From assembly GCA_019637265.1 (NCBI GenBank), contig JAHBVY010000010.1:2151-66150 (forward strand): DNA of 64,000 nucleotides. Direction: 5' to 3'. Both the position numbers and the translations under genes were made by a program. The number at the start of each line of letters is the position of its first letter. The first letter of the stretch is position 1. Under the pieces are notes generated by a model, which had not been told where the DNA came from, ran no database searches, and was given only the letters and a program-made list of their open reading frames with translations. Below, piece after piece: positions 18,987-30,904 of this stretch. Origin of the DNA: Polyangiaceae bacterium (GTDB lineage: Bacteria > Myxococcota_A > Polyangia > Polyangiales > Polyangiaceae).

Positions 18987-20591
18987 GTGGAGCACCCCCG
19001 CGGTCCACGGATTCAGGCATCGGTGCGCTCAGGCGGAGCCAGCGCTCGGCCACGCCTGACCGGGCGCTGGCGCGGGAGCACCTCACGTTTCCTCGCGGCA
19101 ACATTCTGGGCGCTCGGTTTGGGGGGGATCGGGGGGTTCGCGTGCGACGGAGCGGCGCCAGGGCGCACCACGGAGCCGACGGCGTGCGACGTGCGGGGGG
19201 TGAGCGCGCTGTGCGGCGAGCTCCAGGTGCCGGAAGATCGCGCTGGGGCAGGCCCGACAGCGCGGCTCCAGCTCGGCTACGTGGTGCTCCCAGCGCACGG
19301 CGCCAGGCGCGAGAGCCCCGTCTTCTTCCTGGCGGGCGGCCCCGGTCAGAGCGCCACCCAGCTCACGCGTGAGCTCGCGCCCTTGTTCGAAGAGCTGCGC
19401 CAAGAGCGCGATATCGTGCTGCTCGATCAGCGCGGCACCGGGCGCTCCGGGCGCCTCCACTGCGACACCCCCGACGAGCTGACCGAGTATTTCCGTGAGG
19501 ATTTCGATCTCGAGGCGCTCGGCGCCTGCCGGGCGCGCCTCGGGAAGAACCCAGCGCACTACTCCACCGCCGCCGCGGCGGACGACCTCGACGAGCTGCG
19601 CGCGGCCCTGGGCTACGACACCATCAACCTGGTGGGGGCCTCCTACGGCACGCGGCTCGCGCTGAGCTACGCCGCGCGCCACCCCACTCGCGCGCGCGCG
19701 CTGGTGCTCGACGGCGTGGCGCCGCCCGCGATGCGCCTGTTCTTGGACGCCCTGCCCGACGCCCAACGCGCCCTCGACCTCGTCTTCGAGCGCTGCAAAC
19801 GAGCCCCGGCCTGCGCCGCGCGCTCACCCCACCTCGCGGCGGACTTCAAGGCCCTGCTCGCGCGCCTCGCGGAGGAGCCGCTCACCCGCACCATCCCGCA
19901 CCCGGCCACGGGTAAGTCCGTTGAGCTGACATTGACGCGCGCCGGCCTCGCCGGCGCGATCCGCGTGCTGCTCTACTCCCCCGAGCTCACCGCCTTGGTG
20001 CCCCACCTGATCCGTGAGGTGGCGCGTGGCGAGCTCGGGGGCCTCGCCGCCGCCGTGCACGCCGTCGCCCGCGGCACCCAGGCGACCGTCAGCCTGGGGC
20101 TGATGCTCTCGGTGGCCTGCGCCGAGGACGTCCCTCGCATCACCGACGCCGAGCTCGACGAGGCCGCCGCGCGGAGCTTCGTCCCCAAGAGCAGCGTCCT
20201 CGAGTTTCGCCGCGCCTGTGAGGTTTGGTTGGGCGCGTCACCCAGCGCCGTGGCGACTGACGCAGGTGTGCCGTCAGGCACACTTGCTGATGGCGCGCTG
20301 CGAAGCATACCGTCAGAAAACCTAATCATCAGTATCCCTGCCCTGATCCTCTCGGGCGAGCTCGACCCGGTCACGCCCCCGCGCTGGGGCGAGCAGGCGA
20401 AGGCAGGCCTGCCGCGCGGGCTGCACCTGGTGGTGCCCGGCGCCGCCCATGGCACGCTGAGCGTGGGCTGCGTCCCGCGCTTGATGACCGAGCTCATTCG
20501 CCGCGGCGACGCGCAGGGCCTCGACGCGAGCTGCCTCGAAGGTCACACCCCGCCGCCGCTGTTCCTCGACGCCTTGGGGCCCGGCCCGTGA
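18987..20591 (+). CDS. secreted alpha/beta-hydrolase (prolyl-aminopeptidase/TAP-like, S33-type)
   Basis: Nucleophile elbow 'GASYGTRLALSYAARHP', the HGGPG-like region 'FFLAGGPGQS', and a C-terminal His region. The start codon is uncertain. Confidence 0.7.
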   Translation: MEHPRGPRIQASVRSGGASARPRLTGRWRGSTSRFLAATFWALGLGGIGGFACDGAAPGRTTEPTACDVRGVSALCGELQVPEDRAGAGPTARLQLGYVVLPAHGARRESPVFFLAGGPGQSATQLTRELAPLFEELRQERDIVLLDQRGTGRSGRLHCDTPDELTEYFREDFDLEALGACRARLGKNPAHYSTAAAADDLDELRAALGYDTINLVGASYGTRLALSYAARHPTRARALVLDGVAPPAMRLFLDALPDAQRALDLVFERCKRAPACAARSPHLAADFKALLARLAEEPLTRTIPHPATGKSVELTLTRAGLAGAIRVLLYSPELTALVPHLIREVARGELGGLAAAVHAVARGTQATVSLGLMLSVACAEDVPRITDAELDEAAARSFVPKSSVLEFRRACEVWLGASPSAVATDAGVPSGTLADGALRSIPSENLIISIPALILSGELDPVTPPRWGEQAKAGLPRGLHLVVPGAAHGTLSVGCVPRLMTELIRRGDAQGLDASCLEGHTPPPLFLDALGPGP

Positions 20592-21313
20592 TCGAGGCGC
20601 ACGCGCTCGCGAAGCGCTTCGGCGAGGTGCAGGCGGTCAGGGACGTGAGCTTTCACGCGCCGGACGGCGCCATCACCGGGCTGCTCGGCCCGAACGGCGC
20701 CGGCAAGACCACCACGCTCCGCATGATCTACGGCCTCACGCGGCCCGACGCGGGTCACGTGAAAGTGGACAGCATCGATGTCCAGTTGGACCCACGCGAC
20801 GCGCAGCGGCGCCTGGGCGTGGTGCCCGACCAGCGCGGGCTCTACCCGCGCCTCACCACGGTGGAGCACATCGAGTATTTCGGGCGCCTCCATGGGCTCT
20901 CGAGGAGCGTGCTGCGCGACCGCGTCCCGCAGCTGATCGAAGAGCTGGGGCTCCAGAGCATCGCCAAGCGACGCGTGAGCGGCTTCTCCCAAGGGGAGCG
21001 CGCGAAGGTCGCCATCGCCCGCGCGCTGATCCATCACCCACAGAACCTGGTGTTCGACGAGCCCACCAACGGCCTCGACGTGATGGCCACGCGCAGCGTG
21101 CGCGAGGTGCTGCGCGCGCTGCGTGACCGCGGGCGCAGCGTGGTGTTCTCGAGTCACCTGATGCAAGAGGTGCGAGAGCTGTGCGACCACGTGGTGATCG
21201 TCGCTGACGCGCACGTGGTCGCGCAGGGTACGCCGAGCGAGCTCCTGGAGCAGACGGGCGCGCCGGATTTGGAGACGGCGTTCGTGTCACTGACATCAGG
21301 GAGTCGCTGCTAG
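20588..21313 (+). CDS. ABC transporter ATP-binding protein (ABC-2 exporter type)
   Basis: Walker A 'GPNGAGKTT', signature 'FSQGERAKVAIARAL', and Walker B 'LVFDEPTNGLD'. A 4-bp overlap with the upstream hydrolase gene suggests co-transcription. Confidence 0.9.
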   Translation: MIEAHALAKRFGEVQAVRDVSFHAPDGAITGLLGPNGAGKTTTLRMIYGLTRPDAGHVKVDSIDVQLDPRDAQRRLGVVPDQRGLYPRLTTVEHIEYFGRLHGLSRSVLRDRVPQLIEELGLQSIAKRRVSGFSQGERAKVAIARALIHHPQNLVFDEPTNGLDVMATRSVREVLRALRDRGRSVVFSSHLMQEVRELCDHVVIVADAHVVAQGTPSELLEQTGAPDLETAFVSLTSGSRC

Positions 21314-22494
21314 TGCTCCACCTGGTGCGCACCGTCTTCTTCAAGGAGCTGATCGACGCCGCGCGCGATCGACGCTCCCTGCTCTCGGCGCTGATCTTCC
21401 CGCTGCTGATGCCGCTCTTGATCGGCGGCATGTTCCACCTGCTAGTGCAGCGCGAGGCCAGCTCCGGGCGGCTCGAGCTGCCGACGGTCGGCGCGGAGCG
21501 CGCTCCGGAGCTGGCGAGCGCGCTCCGTCAGGCGGGGCTCGATCTCACCCACGTCAGCCCCGAGCAGGCCGCGGCGCCTACGGAGGCGGTGAAGGCGCGC
21601 AGCTTGCCTGCGGTCCTCGTCATATCCGCTGATTATGCTGAGGCCCTGGCTACAGGCAGGCCAGCTGACGTCCAGCTCTTCCTGGACGACAGCCACGCGG
21701 AGAGCCGGCGCCTGGCGCGGCGCGCCGAGCGCGCGATCTTGGAGCACTCCGGCCGCATCGGGGCGCTGCGGCTCATCGCGCGCGGCGTGGACCCGAGCGT
21801 CGCGAGCCCCATCGCCATCGAGCGCCACGACGCCAGCACTCAGGCGGCGCTCGCGGCGCAGGTGCTCGGGCTGTTCCCGATGCTCGCCTTGATGGCCGCG
21901 TTCATCGGCGGGATGCAGGTCGCCATCGACACCACCGCGGGTGAGCGCGAGCGCGGCTCACTCGAGCCGCTGCTCATCAACCCGGCGCCGCGCGTGGCCC
22001 TCACCTTGGGGAAGTGGCTCACCGCCACGCTGTTCGCGCTCGTGAGCGCCTGGCTCACCCTCGGCCTCAGCGCGCTCAGCATGAACCAGGTCGACTTGGC
22101 GCAGATCGGCCTGCCGTTTCAGCTCAGCCTGCGCCAAGCGCTCACCATGGCGCTCTTGGTGCTCCCCATCGCGCCGCTCGCGAGCGCGCTCGAGATGTCG
22201 ATCGCCACCTTCGCGCGCTCCTACAAGGAGGCGCAGACTTACCTCTCGGTGGTGCTCTTCATCCCGATGCTCCCGGGGATGTGGCTCACCATGTCGCCCA
22301 CCGCCACCGAGCCTTGGATGACGCTGGTTCCCATCCTGGGGCAAACGGCGCTGCTCGGCGACGTGCTCGGCGGCAAGGACGTCACGGGCAGCGCCATCGC
22401 GATCGCGAGCCTGAGCGCCACCCTGCTGAGCCTCGCCGCGGTCGCCTTCGCCGCGCGGCTGCTCCAAAGCGAGCGCGTGGTGTTCGGGCGCTAA
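21313..22494 (+). CDS. ABC-2 family transporter permease
   Basis: 393-aa polytopic membrane protein immediately after, and overlapping, the ATPase gene. Confidence 0.8.
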   Translation: MLHLVRTVFFKELIDAARDRRSLLSALIFPLLMPLLIGGMFHLLVQREASSGRLELPTVGAERAPELASALRQAGLDLTHVSPEQAAAPTEAVKARSLPAVLVISADYAEALATGRPADVQLFLDDSHAESRRLARRAERAILEHSGRIGALRLIARGVDPSVASPIAIERHDASTQAALAAQVLGLFPMLALMAAFIGGMQVAIDTTAGERERGSLEPLLINPAPRVALTLGKWLTATLFALVSAWLTLGLSALSMNQVDLAQIGLPFQLSLRQALTMALLVLPIAPLASALEMSIATFARSYKEAQTYLSVVLFIPMLPGMWLTMSPTATEPWMTLVPILGQTALLGDVLGGKDVTGSAIAIASLSATLLSLAAVAFAARLLQSERVVFGR

Positions 22495-23021
22495 CGTAGG
22501 AACTTCACGTAGGCGGCCACCAGGAGCGCGACGATGAGCGCCAGCGACATCCCCGCGATGAGCAGCCACATCACCACGCGCGGCACACCGCTCGGCGGCC
22601 GCACCGGCTTCTCCACGAAGGCGGTGGGGGGCTCCAGCTCGATCTGCACCGTGAAGCCCTGCTGACCCAGGAACATCCGCGCGGAATCGAAGAACTGCTG
22701 GTAGCTCTGCTGCTCGATGTCGAAGGGGCGGCTCCGCTGCTGCGCCATCTTGTAGAGGCAAGCGTAGGTGCGCAGCTGCCCTGTCTTTGCGGCCACGTTG
22801 ACCGAGCCCACCGTCACCGGCGGGTAACCCGGCACGTCCGGCTTGAGCGAGATGTGCTGCAGCGCCTGCTTGCCGCCGCCGGTGCTGTCCGTCTCGGGCG
22901 CCAAGAGCTCCGGCGTGCGCACGCAGGCGCCGGCGATTTTCAGACGGGAAAACTGGATCGTGAAGAGGCCGGCGAAGTCGAACGCCTGCTGGGCAATCAT
23001 CGTGCGCTTGACCGAGGCCAT
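22491..23021 (-). CDS. hypothetical tail-anchored membrane protein
   Basis: Start is placed at the internal ATG (MASVKRT), which is preceded by GGAGAAGG. There is a single C-terminal transmembrane helix ('VVMWLLIAGMSLALIVALLVAAYV'). Confidence 0.45.
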   Translation of the reverse strand: MASVKRTMIAQQAFDFAGLFTIQFSRLKIAGACVRTPELLAPETDSTGGGKQALQHISLKPDVPGYPPVTVGSVNVAAKTGQLRTYACLYKMAQQRSRPFDIEQQSYQQFFDSARMFLGQQGFTVQIELEPPTAFVEKPVRPPSGVPRVVMWLLIAGMSLALIVALLVAAYVKFLR

Positions 23022-23288
23022 ACCTTCTCCGCGGGCGCGTGAATCGCACCCAATCGACAGACTGCCGAACTCGACCGGGCGCGGGCAAAAACCGGGCGCC
23101 ATCTGGGGGCTCGATCACGGCACCTCCCACCCAGGCGATCGAGCCAGCGGAGCGGCGCGCCACGGGCAGAGCGATACCCTCGGTCAACTCGGCACAACCT
23201 GGCACAGCCTGGGGCGAGAGATTTTAATCAATGATTTCCATGGGTTATACACCATTGCCTTGGCACAGTTCGTGCTGTACTCGGAGGC

Positions 23289-24110
23289 ATGAAGACCCTC
23301 CTCACCTCCTCATTCGTTGCGCTCAGCTGCATCCTCGTCGCGTGTGGTGGTGACGCCACCGGTTCCCTGGACGACTCCGGTGACGGAGTGGGTCGTGGTG
23401 CCGGCGCCCGCGCGGGAAGCTCGAGCGGTTCGGGCGGCTCCGGCAGCGGCGGCTCGGGTACGGGCGGCTGGGGCGCTGGCGGATCGAGCAGCGTCGCAGG
23501 CAGCGCGGGCACCAGCGTGGGCGGCAGCGGCCAAGGCGGTCGGGTGATCGAGCCCGGCGCCGAAGACACGACGGACGCCATCCTCCAGTTCGAGGACGCG
23601 CCCTACCTGCCGGGCCAAGGCTCAGGTGGTCAAGGCGGCACCGGCTCGGGCTGGGGTGGTTCAGGCGGCTCCTGGGTCCCGGCGTCAGGCGCTGCGGGCG
23701 GCACTGACTGGGGCTCGGGCGGCTCCGGCTGGGGCGCGCAAGGCGGAGCCGCGGGCGCCTCGAACGATCTGGACCGAGTCCGTTTAGTCTGGGGTAATGA
23801 CCACCGCAGCTGCGACGAGCGCTGGGTGTACGGCTGCGGCACGGCCAACGCGACCGCCGTGTTCGACACGAGCGATCTCTACGCCGGCGCGCGCATCGAC
23901 CTGCTGGACGCCGACGGCTTCATCTCCCAGAGCGGCCCAGACCGCGGCGGCGACGACTGCTGGGGCGGCGGCGGCACCCTTCAAGGCGAGCTGGAGGTGC
24001 TCCGCGTCGACCTGAACGCCGAGATCCCCTTCATGGTGTACCAGGTGACGGGCACCGGTAACCAAGAGTCCAACGTCGACGGCGTGTTCACCGCGTACTG
24101 GTGCTTCTGA
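23289..24110 (+). CDS. lipoprotein with a Gly/Ser-rich low-complexity linker and a Cys-containing C-terminal domain
   Basis: Lipobox 'ILVACGG', ~130 aa of GSG/GGS repeats, and a globular C-terminal domain ending '...VFTAYWCF'. The upstream region is AT-rich. Confidence 0.6.
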   Translation: MKTLLTSSFVALSCILVACGGDATGSLDDSGDGVGRGAGARAGSSSGSGGSGSGGSGTGGWGAGGSSSVAGSAGTSVGGSGQGGRVIEPGAEDTTDAILQFEDAPYLPGQGSGGQGGTGSGWGGSGGSWVPASGAAGGTDWGSGGSGWGAQGGAAGASNDLDRVRLVWGNDHRSCDERWVYGCGTANATAVFDTSDLYAGARIDLLDADGFISQSGPDRGGDDCWGGGGTLQGELEVLRVDLNAEIPFMVYQVTGTGNQESNVDGVFTAYWCF

Positions 24111-24346
24111 GCTCGCTCGGCTCGCTTACCGTCAGGGTAACGGACCTGTTGTCCCCTCGGTGAGCGAGCCGTACGGTGTCCTTGGGTGCGCTGGCTCTCG
24201 GGTGAGCCGGGGAGCGCTGTTCGGTGGGCTGTTTCCCCATGGGTGAGCCCCCATGGCGTTCTCCGGGTTTGGGGGTTTGGCAGTGCTCTTCACGGCGAAA
24301 CGCTGGGCGGTAGTTTTTCGTCAGCCAACAGGCCACCATCCGGCTG

Positions 24347-26659
24347 ATGGCGGCTTCGCAGCTCAGGCTTGGCGCGCTGCTCGTCCTCGCGCTCGTGGGG
24401 GCGAGCGCGTCCAACGCTCACGCCGAGCCCGCGCAGCTCACGCCACCACGCCCCATCAGCTCCACCCACGTGGAGCCACCGAGTGGCGCACAGGGCGACG
24501 CCACGGTGCTGCTCGAGCTCACCATCGACGCGCATGGCGTGGTGACGGCGGCGCGCGTCATCAGCGGTGACGAGCCGTACGCCAGCCGCGCGAAGGAAGC
24601 TGCCCTGACTTGGCGCTTCCGTCCCGCGCTGCGCGGCCAGAAGCCGGTGGCCTCGCGGGTGCGCTTCCAAGTCCAGTTCACCCGCGAGGCGCCCGACCCG
24701 GCGGACGACGGCGCCGCGAGCGACGTGGACGCGCCGCCCGACGCTCGAGACAAGGACACGGATGAAACACCCGGCGGCGATGGCGCGGGTGGTGATGCGA
24801 GCGCTGGGCCAGGCTCGCAGCCCACGGACGAGCCCACCGCCAAACAGGTGCCCGAGGACGAGGTGCTGGTGCTCGGCGCACGAACGCCCACCGGCGCCAC
24901 CCGCATGAGCCGCGCGGAGGTGCGGCAGCTCCCGGGCGCCTTCGGTGATCCGTTCCGCGCCATCGACGCACTGCCCGGCGTGACGCCCATCTTCAGCGGG
25001 GTGCCGTTCTTCTTCGTGCGCGGCGCGCCGCCGGGCAACGTGGGCTACTTCCTCGACGGCATCCGCGTGCCGCTGCTCTACCACATTGGGCTCGGCCCCT
25101 CCGTGGTGCACCCCGGCATCGTCAAAGACGTTGACTTGTACCCAGGTGGCTACCCGAGCCGCTTCGGCCGCTTCGCGGGTGGCGTCGTCTCCGGGGAGAC
25201 GGCGGAGCCGCGCACCGACGCCTTGCATGGTGAAGCCAACGTGCGCCTGGTGGACGCCGGTGCCTTGGTGGAGGCGCCGTTCGCGAACGGCCGCGGCACC
25301 GCGCTCGCGGGCGGCCGCTACAGCTACACCGGGCTCATGATCTCGGCCTTCGCGCCGGAGGCGATCCTCCGTTACTGGGACTACCAAGCGCGCGCTAGCT
25401 ACGAGCTCACGTCGGATGACACGCTGACCTTGTTCAGCTTCGGCGCCTACGACTACCTCGGCGAGCGGCGAGACGGCGAGGTGGAGACGTTCTTCAACAC
25501 CGAGTTCCACCGCATCGATCTCCGTTGGGATCGGCGCGTGAGCGCGAGCATGAGCACGCGCACGGCGCTCTACGTGGGGCTCGACAAAACCGAGGTGGAG
25601 GACGGTCAGTTCGTGCGCGACCGCACCATCAACCTCCGCCACGCCTTGCGCGATCAAACATTCGATGACCTGACGATGACCGCTGGCTTCGACGCGGCGC
25701 TGGACTACTACGACGTGCAGTTCGAGGTAGGCGACGACGAGGACGACGACCGCCTGGATGAGTTGGTCCCTGGGCGCACGGATTGGGTGATCGGAAGCTA
25801 TGGGCAACTCGAGTGGCGCCCGGAGCCTTGGTTCACGCTCACGCCGGGGCTGCGCTTCGACCTCTACTACTCGAACGGGGATCTCGCGTTCGCCGCGGAG
25901 CCGCGCGTTTCAGCGCGCTACGAGGTGACGCCCAGCGCGCGCCTGCTGCACGCGCTGGGGCTGGCGCACCAGCCGCCCTCCTTCGTGGTGCCCGTGCCCG
26001 GCTTTCAAATCGCGGGGCTCGACCGCGGGCTACAGCGCGCGCTGCAACACAGCGCGGGGGTGGAGGTGGATTTACCTGGGCGCTTCACCGGCAGCCTCAC
26101 GGCCTTCCACAACACCTTCTTCAATATGACGGACGCGCTCGGCACGTCGCAGCAAGACGACTCCGCGAACGACGACTTCCTGCGCCGGAGCTTGGGGCAC
26201 TCGTACGGCTTGGAGGTGTACCTGAGGCGGCGCCTGACGGAGCGAGTGGGGGGCTTCATCTCGTACACGCTGTCGCGCTCGGAGCGCAGCCTGCGGCGCG
26301 TCAAGTTCGCCTCTCGCTTCGACCGCACCCACGTGCTGAACGCCGCGCTCTCCTTCGACCTCGGCCGGCGCTGGCGCGCCGGCGGACGCTTCATGTTCTA
26401 CTCGGGCTTCCCCGTGGACACGGATCAGGGGCTTATGCGCATCCCCCCCTTCTGGCGCCAGGACCTACGGCTAGAGAAGCGCTGGCGCCTCGGCGAGCGC
26501 GGCTCCTGGGCGCTGGTGTTCGAGGTCGCCAACGCCACCCTCAACAAAGAGCCGTTCGACCTCGAGTGCTACCCCACCACCAGCGGCGGCTCCATCTGCC
26601 GCACCGAGGAGATGGGCCCCGTCACCATCCCAAGCATCGGGCTGGAGGCGTTCTTCTAA
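24347..26659 (+). CDS. TonB-dependent outer-membrane receptor with an N-terminal TonB-C-like domain
   Basis: Signal peptide, a TonB_C-like segment ('[41 protein letters not shown]'), a plug domain ('[27 protein letters not shown]'), a long beta-barrel, and a terminal Phe ('...SIGLEAFF'). Confidence 0.8.
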   Translation: MAASQLRLGALLVLALVGASASNAHAEPAQLTPPRPISSTHVEPPSGAQGDATVLLELTIDAHGVVTAARVISGDEPYASRAKEAALTWRFRPALRGQKPVASRVRFQVQFTREAPDPADDGAASDVDAPPDARDKDTDETPGGDGAGGDASAGPGSQPTDEPTAKQVPEDEVLVLGARTPTGATRMSRAEVRQLPGAFGDPFRAIDALPGVTPIFSGVPFFFVRGAPPGNVGYFLDGIRVPLLYHIGLGPSVVHPGIVKDVDLYPGGYPSRFGRFAGGVVSGETAEPRTDALHGEANVRLVDAGALVEAPFANGRGTALAGGRYSYTGLMISAFAPEAILRYWDYQARASYELTSDDTLTLFSFGAYDYLGERRDGEVETFFNTEFHRIDLRWDRRVSASMSTRTALYVGLDKTEVEDGQFVRDRTINLRHALRDQTFDDLTMTAGFDAALDYYDVQFEVGDDEDDDRLDELVPGRTDWVIGSYGQLEWRPEPWFTLTPGLRFDLYYSNGDLAFAAEPRVSARYEVTPSARLLHALGLAHQPPSFVVPVPGFQIAGLDRGLQRALQHSAGVEVDLPGRFTGSLTAFHNTFFNMTDALGTSQQDDSANDDFLRRSLGHSYGLEVYLRRRLTERVGGFISYTLSRSERSLRRVKFASRFDRTHVLNAALSFDLGRRWRAGGRFMFYSGFPVDTDQGLMRIPPFWRQDLRLEKRWRLGERGSWALVFEVANATLNKEPFDLECYPTTSGGSICRTEEMGPVTIPSIGLEAFF

Positions 26660-28074
26660 GCCGCTTCTGCCGCTCTGCCGCGCTCGCGCAGCGCGGTGAG
26701 GATGGCGTCCACGTTCTTCTTGGCGTCGCCGAACAGCATGCGGGTGTCTTCCATGTAGAAAAGTGGGTTGTCCACGCCGGCGTAGCCGGAGGCCATGCTG
26801 CGCTTCATCACCACCGTCACCTTGGAGCGCCACACCTCGAGCACGGGCATGCCGTAGATGGGGCTCGCTGCGTCGCTCAGGGCGCCGGGGTTCACGATGT
26901 CGTTCGCGCCGATCACCAGCACCACGTCCGTCTCGGGGAAATCGGCGTTGATCTCATCCATCTCGAGCACGATGTCGTAAGGCACCTTGGCCTCTGCCAA
27001 GAGCACGTTCATGTGCCCCGGGAGCCTGCCCGCCACCGGGTGGATCGCGAACCTCACCTCGGCGCCGCGGGCGCGGAGCAGCTTGGTCACCTCGAACAGC
27101 GGGTGCTGCGCCTGAGCCACCGCCATGCCGTAGCCGGGGACGATCACCACGCTCCGCGCCTCCGCCATCAGCTCGGCCACCTCATCCGCCGTGAGCGGCG
27201 TGGGCTCGCCCACCGGCGCCGCGCCGTGAGTCGGCGCCGCGCCCTCGGCGGCGCCGAAGCCGCCGAAGATGACGCTCGCGATCGAGCGGTTCATGGCGCG
27301 GCACATGATGTAGCTGAGGATGGCGCCGCTCGAGCCCACCAAGGCGCCGGTGATGATCAAGAGATCGTTCGAGAGCATGAAGCCCGCGGCCGCGGCCGCC
27401 CAGCCCGAGTAGCTGTTCAGCATCGACACCACGACCGGCATGTCGGCGCCGCCGATGGCCACCACCAGGTGCACGCCGAGCACACAGGCCAGCGCCGTCA
27501 TGATCCCGAGCGACATGAGGCCCAGGGGCTCTGATACCGCGAGGAAACGCCACAGCAGGTAGCCCGAGGCGGCGACGATCAAGAGGTTTATCACGTGGCG
27601 CCCCGGCAAGAGCAGCGGGCTGCCGCTGAGGCTGCCGCGGAGCTTGGCGAAGGCGATGACGGAGCCCGTGAAGGTGACGGCGCCGACGAACACCCCGATG
27701 AAGATCTCCACCTGATGGATGGTGTGCTCCACCCCGGTGAGCGCCTGCCCCGGCGCGAGGTAAGTCGCGAACCCGACCAACACCGCCGCCGCGCCGACGA
27801 AGCTATGCAAGATGGCGACGAGCTCCGGCATGCTCGTCATCGCCACCCGCGCCGCGAGCGTGGCGCCGATCAGCGCGCCCACCACCACCACCCCCGCGAG
27901 CAACGGGTAGCCGCCGGACATGCGCGCCGCGGTGGCCCCGATGGCGAGCAAGATGCCGAGCGCGCCGTACAGGTTCCCGCGCCGCGCCGACTCCTGAGAG
28001 CTGAGCCCGCCCAGGCTCAAGATGAAGAGCACCCCCGCTGCGATGTAAGCGACCGTCGTCAGACCTTGCGTCAC
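26656..28074 (-). CDS. pntB: NAD(P) transhydrogenase subunit beta
   Basis: N-terminal multi-TM domain plus a C-terminal NADP(H)-binding dIII domain ('...[15 protein letters not shown]...'); 472 aa. Confidence 0.9.
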   Translation of the reverse strand: MTQGLTTVAYIAAGVLFILSLGGLSSQESARRGNLYGALGILLAIGATAARMSGGYPLLAGVVVVGALIGATLAARVAMTSMPELVAILHSFVGAAAVLVGFATYLAPGQALTGVEHTIHQVEIFIGVFVGAVTFTGSVIAFAKLRGSLSGSPLLLPGRHVINLLIVAASGYLLWRFLAVSEPLGLMSLGIMTALACVLGVHLVVAIGGADMPVVVSMLNSYSGWAAAAAGFMLSNDLLIITGALVGSSGAILSYIMCRAMNRSIASVIFGGFGAAEGAAPTHGAAPVGEPTPLTADEVAELMAEARSVVIVPGYGMAVAQAQHPLFEVTKLLRARGAEVRFAIHPVAGRLPGHMNVLLAEAKVPYDIVLEMDEINADFPETDVVLVIGANDIVNPGALSDAASPIYGMPVLEVWRSKVTVVMKRSMASGYAGVDNPLFYMEDTRMLFGDAKKNVDAILTALRERGRAAEAA

Positions 28075-28081
28075 GCGAGCC

Positions 28082-29641
28082 TCACTTCTGGAACATGCGG
28101 AGCATGCGCTGGGTGACCAAGAAGCCTCCAGCGATGTTGATGGTGGCGAGCAGCACCGCCGCGGCGCTGAGCCACGTGGCGGCGCTCGTGAGCGGGCCCC
28201 CCAGCGTCAGCATGCCGCCGACGATGATGATGCCGCTCACCGCGTTGGTGACGCTCATGAGCGGCGTGTGCAGCGCCGGCGTCACGTTCCACACCACCTG
28301 CCACCCCACGAAGCACGCGAGCACGAACACCGTGAGGTGACCGAGGAAGGCCGGCGGCGCCACCAGGCCCAGCAGGGCGAGCAGCGCCCCGCAGCAAGCG
28401 AGCCCCAGCGCGCTCTGCTTCGCGCGGCGCCGCGCGATCACCGCAGGCTCCGGCGGCGGGGCGATGGGCTTCGGCGCCGGCTCGATAGGCGGCGCCGGCG
28501 GCGCCTCCCGCTTCGGCGGTGGCCAGCAGAGCTGACCTTCATCCAGCACCAAGGCGCCGCGCACCACCTCGTCCTCTTTATCTACGCGGAAATTTTCGCC
28601 GCCGCCCATGTCCGTGAGCAGGTGCACCAGGTTGGTGCCGTACAGCTGGCTCGCGGTGGGCGCGAGGCGGCTCGGTAAGTCCACGTAGCCGATGACGCTC
28701 ACGCCTTGGTGAACGGTCAGCTCACCTGGCACCGTGAGCTCGCAGTTGCCGCCCGCCTCGGCCGCCAAATCCACCACCACGCTCCCGGGGCGCATCAGCT
28801 CGAGCGCCTGACGGGTGATCAGGGTGGGCGCCGGGCGCCCGGGGATCAGCGCGGTGGTGATGATGATGTCCACCTCGCGCGCCTGCGCCTCGAACAGCGC
28901 CATCTCCGCGTCGATGAACGCCTGGCTCATCTGCTTGGCGTAGCCCCCCTCACCGGTGCCGTCCTCCTCGAACGCGAGGTCGAGGAACTCCGCGCCCATG
29001 CTCTCCACCTGCTCCTTCACCGCCGGGCGCGTGTCGAAGGCGCGCACGATGGCGCCGAGGCCGCGCGCCGCGCCGATCGCCGCGAGCCCAGCGACGCCCG
29101 CGCCGATCACGAGCACCTTGGCGGGCGGCACCTTCCCCGCCGCCGTGATCTGCCCCGTGAAGAAGCGCCCGAACGCCGCCGCCGCCTCCACCACCGCGCG
29201 GTAGCCAGCGATGTTCGCCATCGAGCTCAGCGCGTCCATCTTCTGCGCCCGGCTGATGCGCGGGATTTGGTCCATCGCGATCACCGTCGCGCGGCGCGCC
29301 GCCAAGCGATCGAGGAGCGGGCCCGCCTGCGCCGGCCAGATGAAGCTGATGAGCGTGGCGCCCTCGCGGAGCAGCTCGGCCTCATGCACCCCGAGCTCGG
29401 ACGATTCGACAGGTGGCCTCACCTTGAGCACCACGTCCGACGCCGACCAGAGCGACCGCGCGTCGGGCACGAGCTCTGCGCCCGCCTCCGCGTACTGAGC
29501 ATCGGGGAACGACGCCAACGCGCCGGCTCCAGCCTCGATCAGCACCTCGAACCCGAGCTTGATCAGGCGCTTCACCGTCTCTGGCGTCGCGGCGACGCGC
29601 CGCTCACCTTCCGCGATCTCCCGCGGGACACCTAGCTTCAT
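28082..29641 (-). CDS. pntA: NAD(P) transhydrogenase subunit alpha (fused alpha1+alpha2)
   Basis: N-terminal alanine-dehydrogenase-like dI domain ('[26 protein letters not shown]', '[17 protein letters not shown]') and a C-terminal 4-TM segment. Confidence 0.9.
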   Translation of the reverse strand: MKLGVPREIAEGERRVAATPETVKRLIKLGFEVLIEAGAGALASFPDAQYAEAGAELVPDARSLWSASDVVLKVRPPVESSELGVHEAELLREGATLISFIWPAQAGPLLDRLAARRATVIAMDQIPRISRAQKMDALSSMANIAGYRAVVEAAAAFGRFFTGQITAAGKVPPAKVLVIGAGVAGLAAIGAARGLGAIVRAFDTRPAVKEQVESMGAEFLDLAFEEDGTGEGGYAKQMSQAFIDAEMALFEAQAREVDIIITTALIPGRPAPTLITRQALELMRPGSVVVDLAAEAGGNCELTVPGELTVHQGVSVIGYVDLPSRLAPTASQLYGTNLVHLLTDMGGGENFRVDKEDEVVRGALVLDEGQLCWPPPKREAPPAPPIEPAPKPIAPPPEPAVIARRRAKQSALGLACCGALLALLGLVAPPAFLGHLTVFVLACFVGWQVVWNVTPALHTPLMSVTNAVSGIIIVGGMLTLGGPLTSAATWLSAAAVLLATINIAGGFLVTQRMLRMFQK

Positions 29642-29988
29642 CCGTCTCCTCCGATCGCGTCCGCTCGGTCGGTTTCCGCGCGGCGCTCGAGCCTCGAATG
29701 CTCGTCTCCTGATAGCCAGCTTCAGCGCTCCCTACCAGCTGAAGTCACGCCTAATCTGGATCCGCGCGGATGTGCCGCGCCCCAGCGCCAAAGCGCGTCA
29801 CCCGCCGTTCATTCTCGAAGGGGGGTTGGGGGTTGGTACCGCCGCTTCGCGCTGCGCGTCGCTGCAGTCACCGCGAGACGGCACCTAGGGTGGCGATACG
29901 CGTCGCCTCGATGGCACACCGAGCGGACCGCGGTGAGCAGACGAGCGCTGCCCGTACAGTGAGCGGACGTCCAGTGCCCGCTTGGTGC

Positions 29989-30018
29989 GGTGCCGTCCAA
30001 CCCCAAAACCCAAGACCC
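29989..30018 (+). promoter_or_regulatory. copy (b) of GGTGCCGTCCAACCCC motif with a CAAAACCCAAGACCC tail
   Basis: Exact 16-mer, ~150 bp upstream of the yqiJ-like gene and in the same orientation. A degenerate reverse copy (GGCGGTACCAACCCCCAACCCCCC) at 29818..29843 points toward pntA. Confidence 0.35.
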
Positions 30019-30170
30019 GATCGAACAGGCGCTCGAAGCCCTCGCGAGGAGGCAGGAAGCGCGCGCTCGCGACGTAGAACGCCTGCGCGCGAGGACGCGA
30101 TGAGCGCCCCAGAATTTTTTGCGCAACTCACGGCGGACTCTGACTAACCTCGCCGCCGGGGGCGCCACCG

Positions 30171-30836
30171 ATGACCGAGTTCTTGCAAGCCAGCCTCAGC
30201 TACCCAGCGGTGCTGTTCACCGGCTTGCTGTCGCTGATGCTCATCTACTGGCTGCTCGTGATCTTGGGCGCCGTGGGGCTCGACGCGCTGGGCGGCGCGG
30301 AGGACGTCGATCTCGATCTGGAGGGCGTGGAGCTGGGCGCCTCGGACATCGACGCGCCGAGCGCCTTCAGCTTGCGGCGGGTGCCGCTCACGGTGGCGCT
30401 GTCTTTGATCGCGTTCTGGGGGTGGCTGTTCACCCACCTGGGCTCGCACTACCTGCTGCCTATCTCGGGGCTCTCCCGCGGCATCACCGGCACGCTGCTG
30501 CTCGCCGCCAGCGCGGTGCTCGCCTACTTCATCACTCGTCTGCTCACCGTACCACTCGCGCCGCTGTTCCACACGCATCACGCGACGAGCCGTGACGACC
30601 TGGTCGGCCGCGTGATCACGGTGCGCACGGGCCGGGTGGATCGCGAGTACGGTCAAGGGCTGCTGGACGAGGACGCTCACGCGCTGCTGCTCGAGATCCG
30701 CTGCGACTCCGAGCGCGAGCTGAAGCGCGGTCAACGCGTGATGATCATCTCCATCGAGGACGACGTGTACGAGGTGGAGCCCATCGACGATCTGCTGGGC
30801 GCCCCAGGGGCCGCGCAAGCAGGGCGCCACCGCTAG
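30171..30836 (+). CDS. YqiJ/NfeD-like inner-membrane protein with C-terminal OB-fold
   Basis: Several N-terminal transmembrane helices, and a C-terminal soluble beta-rich domain ('VGRVITVRTGRVDREYGQGLLDEDAHALLLEIRCDS...GQRVMIISIEDDVYEVEPI') typical of NfeD-short/YqiJ partners of SPFH proteins. It sits immediately upstream of the flotillin gene. Confidence 0.6.
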   Translation: MTEFLQASLSYPAVLFTGLLSLMLIYWLLVILGAVGLDALGGAEDVDLDLEGVELGASDIDAPSAFSLRRVPLTVALSLIAFWGWLFTHLGSHYLLPISGLSRGITGTLLLAASAVLAYFITRLLTVPLAPLFHTHHATSRDDLVGRVITVRTGRVDREYGQGLLDEDAHALLLEIRCDSERELKRGQRVMIISIEDDVYEVEPIDDLLGAPGAAQAGRHR

Positions 30837-30904
30837 CGAAGAAGTGACGGGGGCTGTGACGCCCAGAAGTGATCGGCGCCGCGAGCGCCAGAACGAGGTA
30901 CCGA

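Noticed and set aside
23261-23275. Sigma-54-like -24/-12 element TGGCAC-N5-GTGC upstream of the lipoprotein gene at 23289
   Set aside because: Its position would put the transcription start within 2-3 nt of the ATG, excluding the evident GGAGG ribosome-binding site. It is probably a chance match.
24290-25807. 505-aa minus-strand ORF
   Set aside because: It is antisense to the TonB-dependent receptor gene and is a composition artefact.
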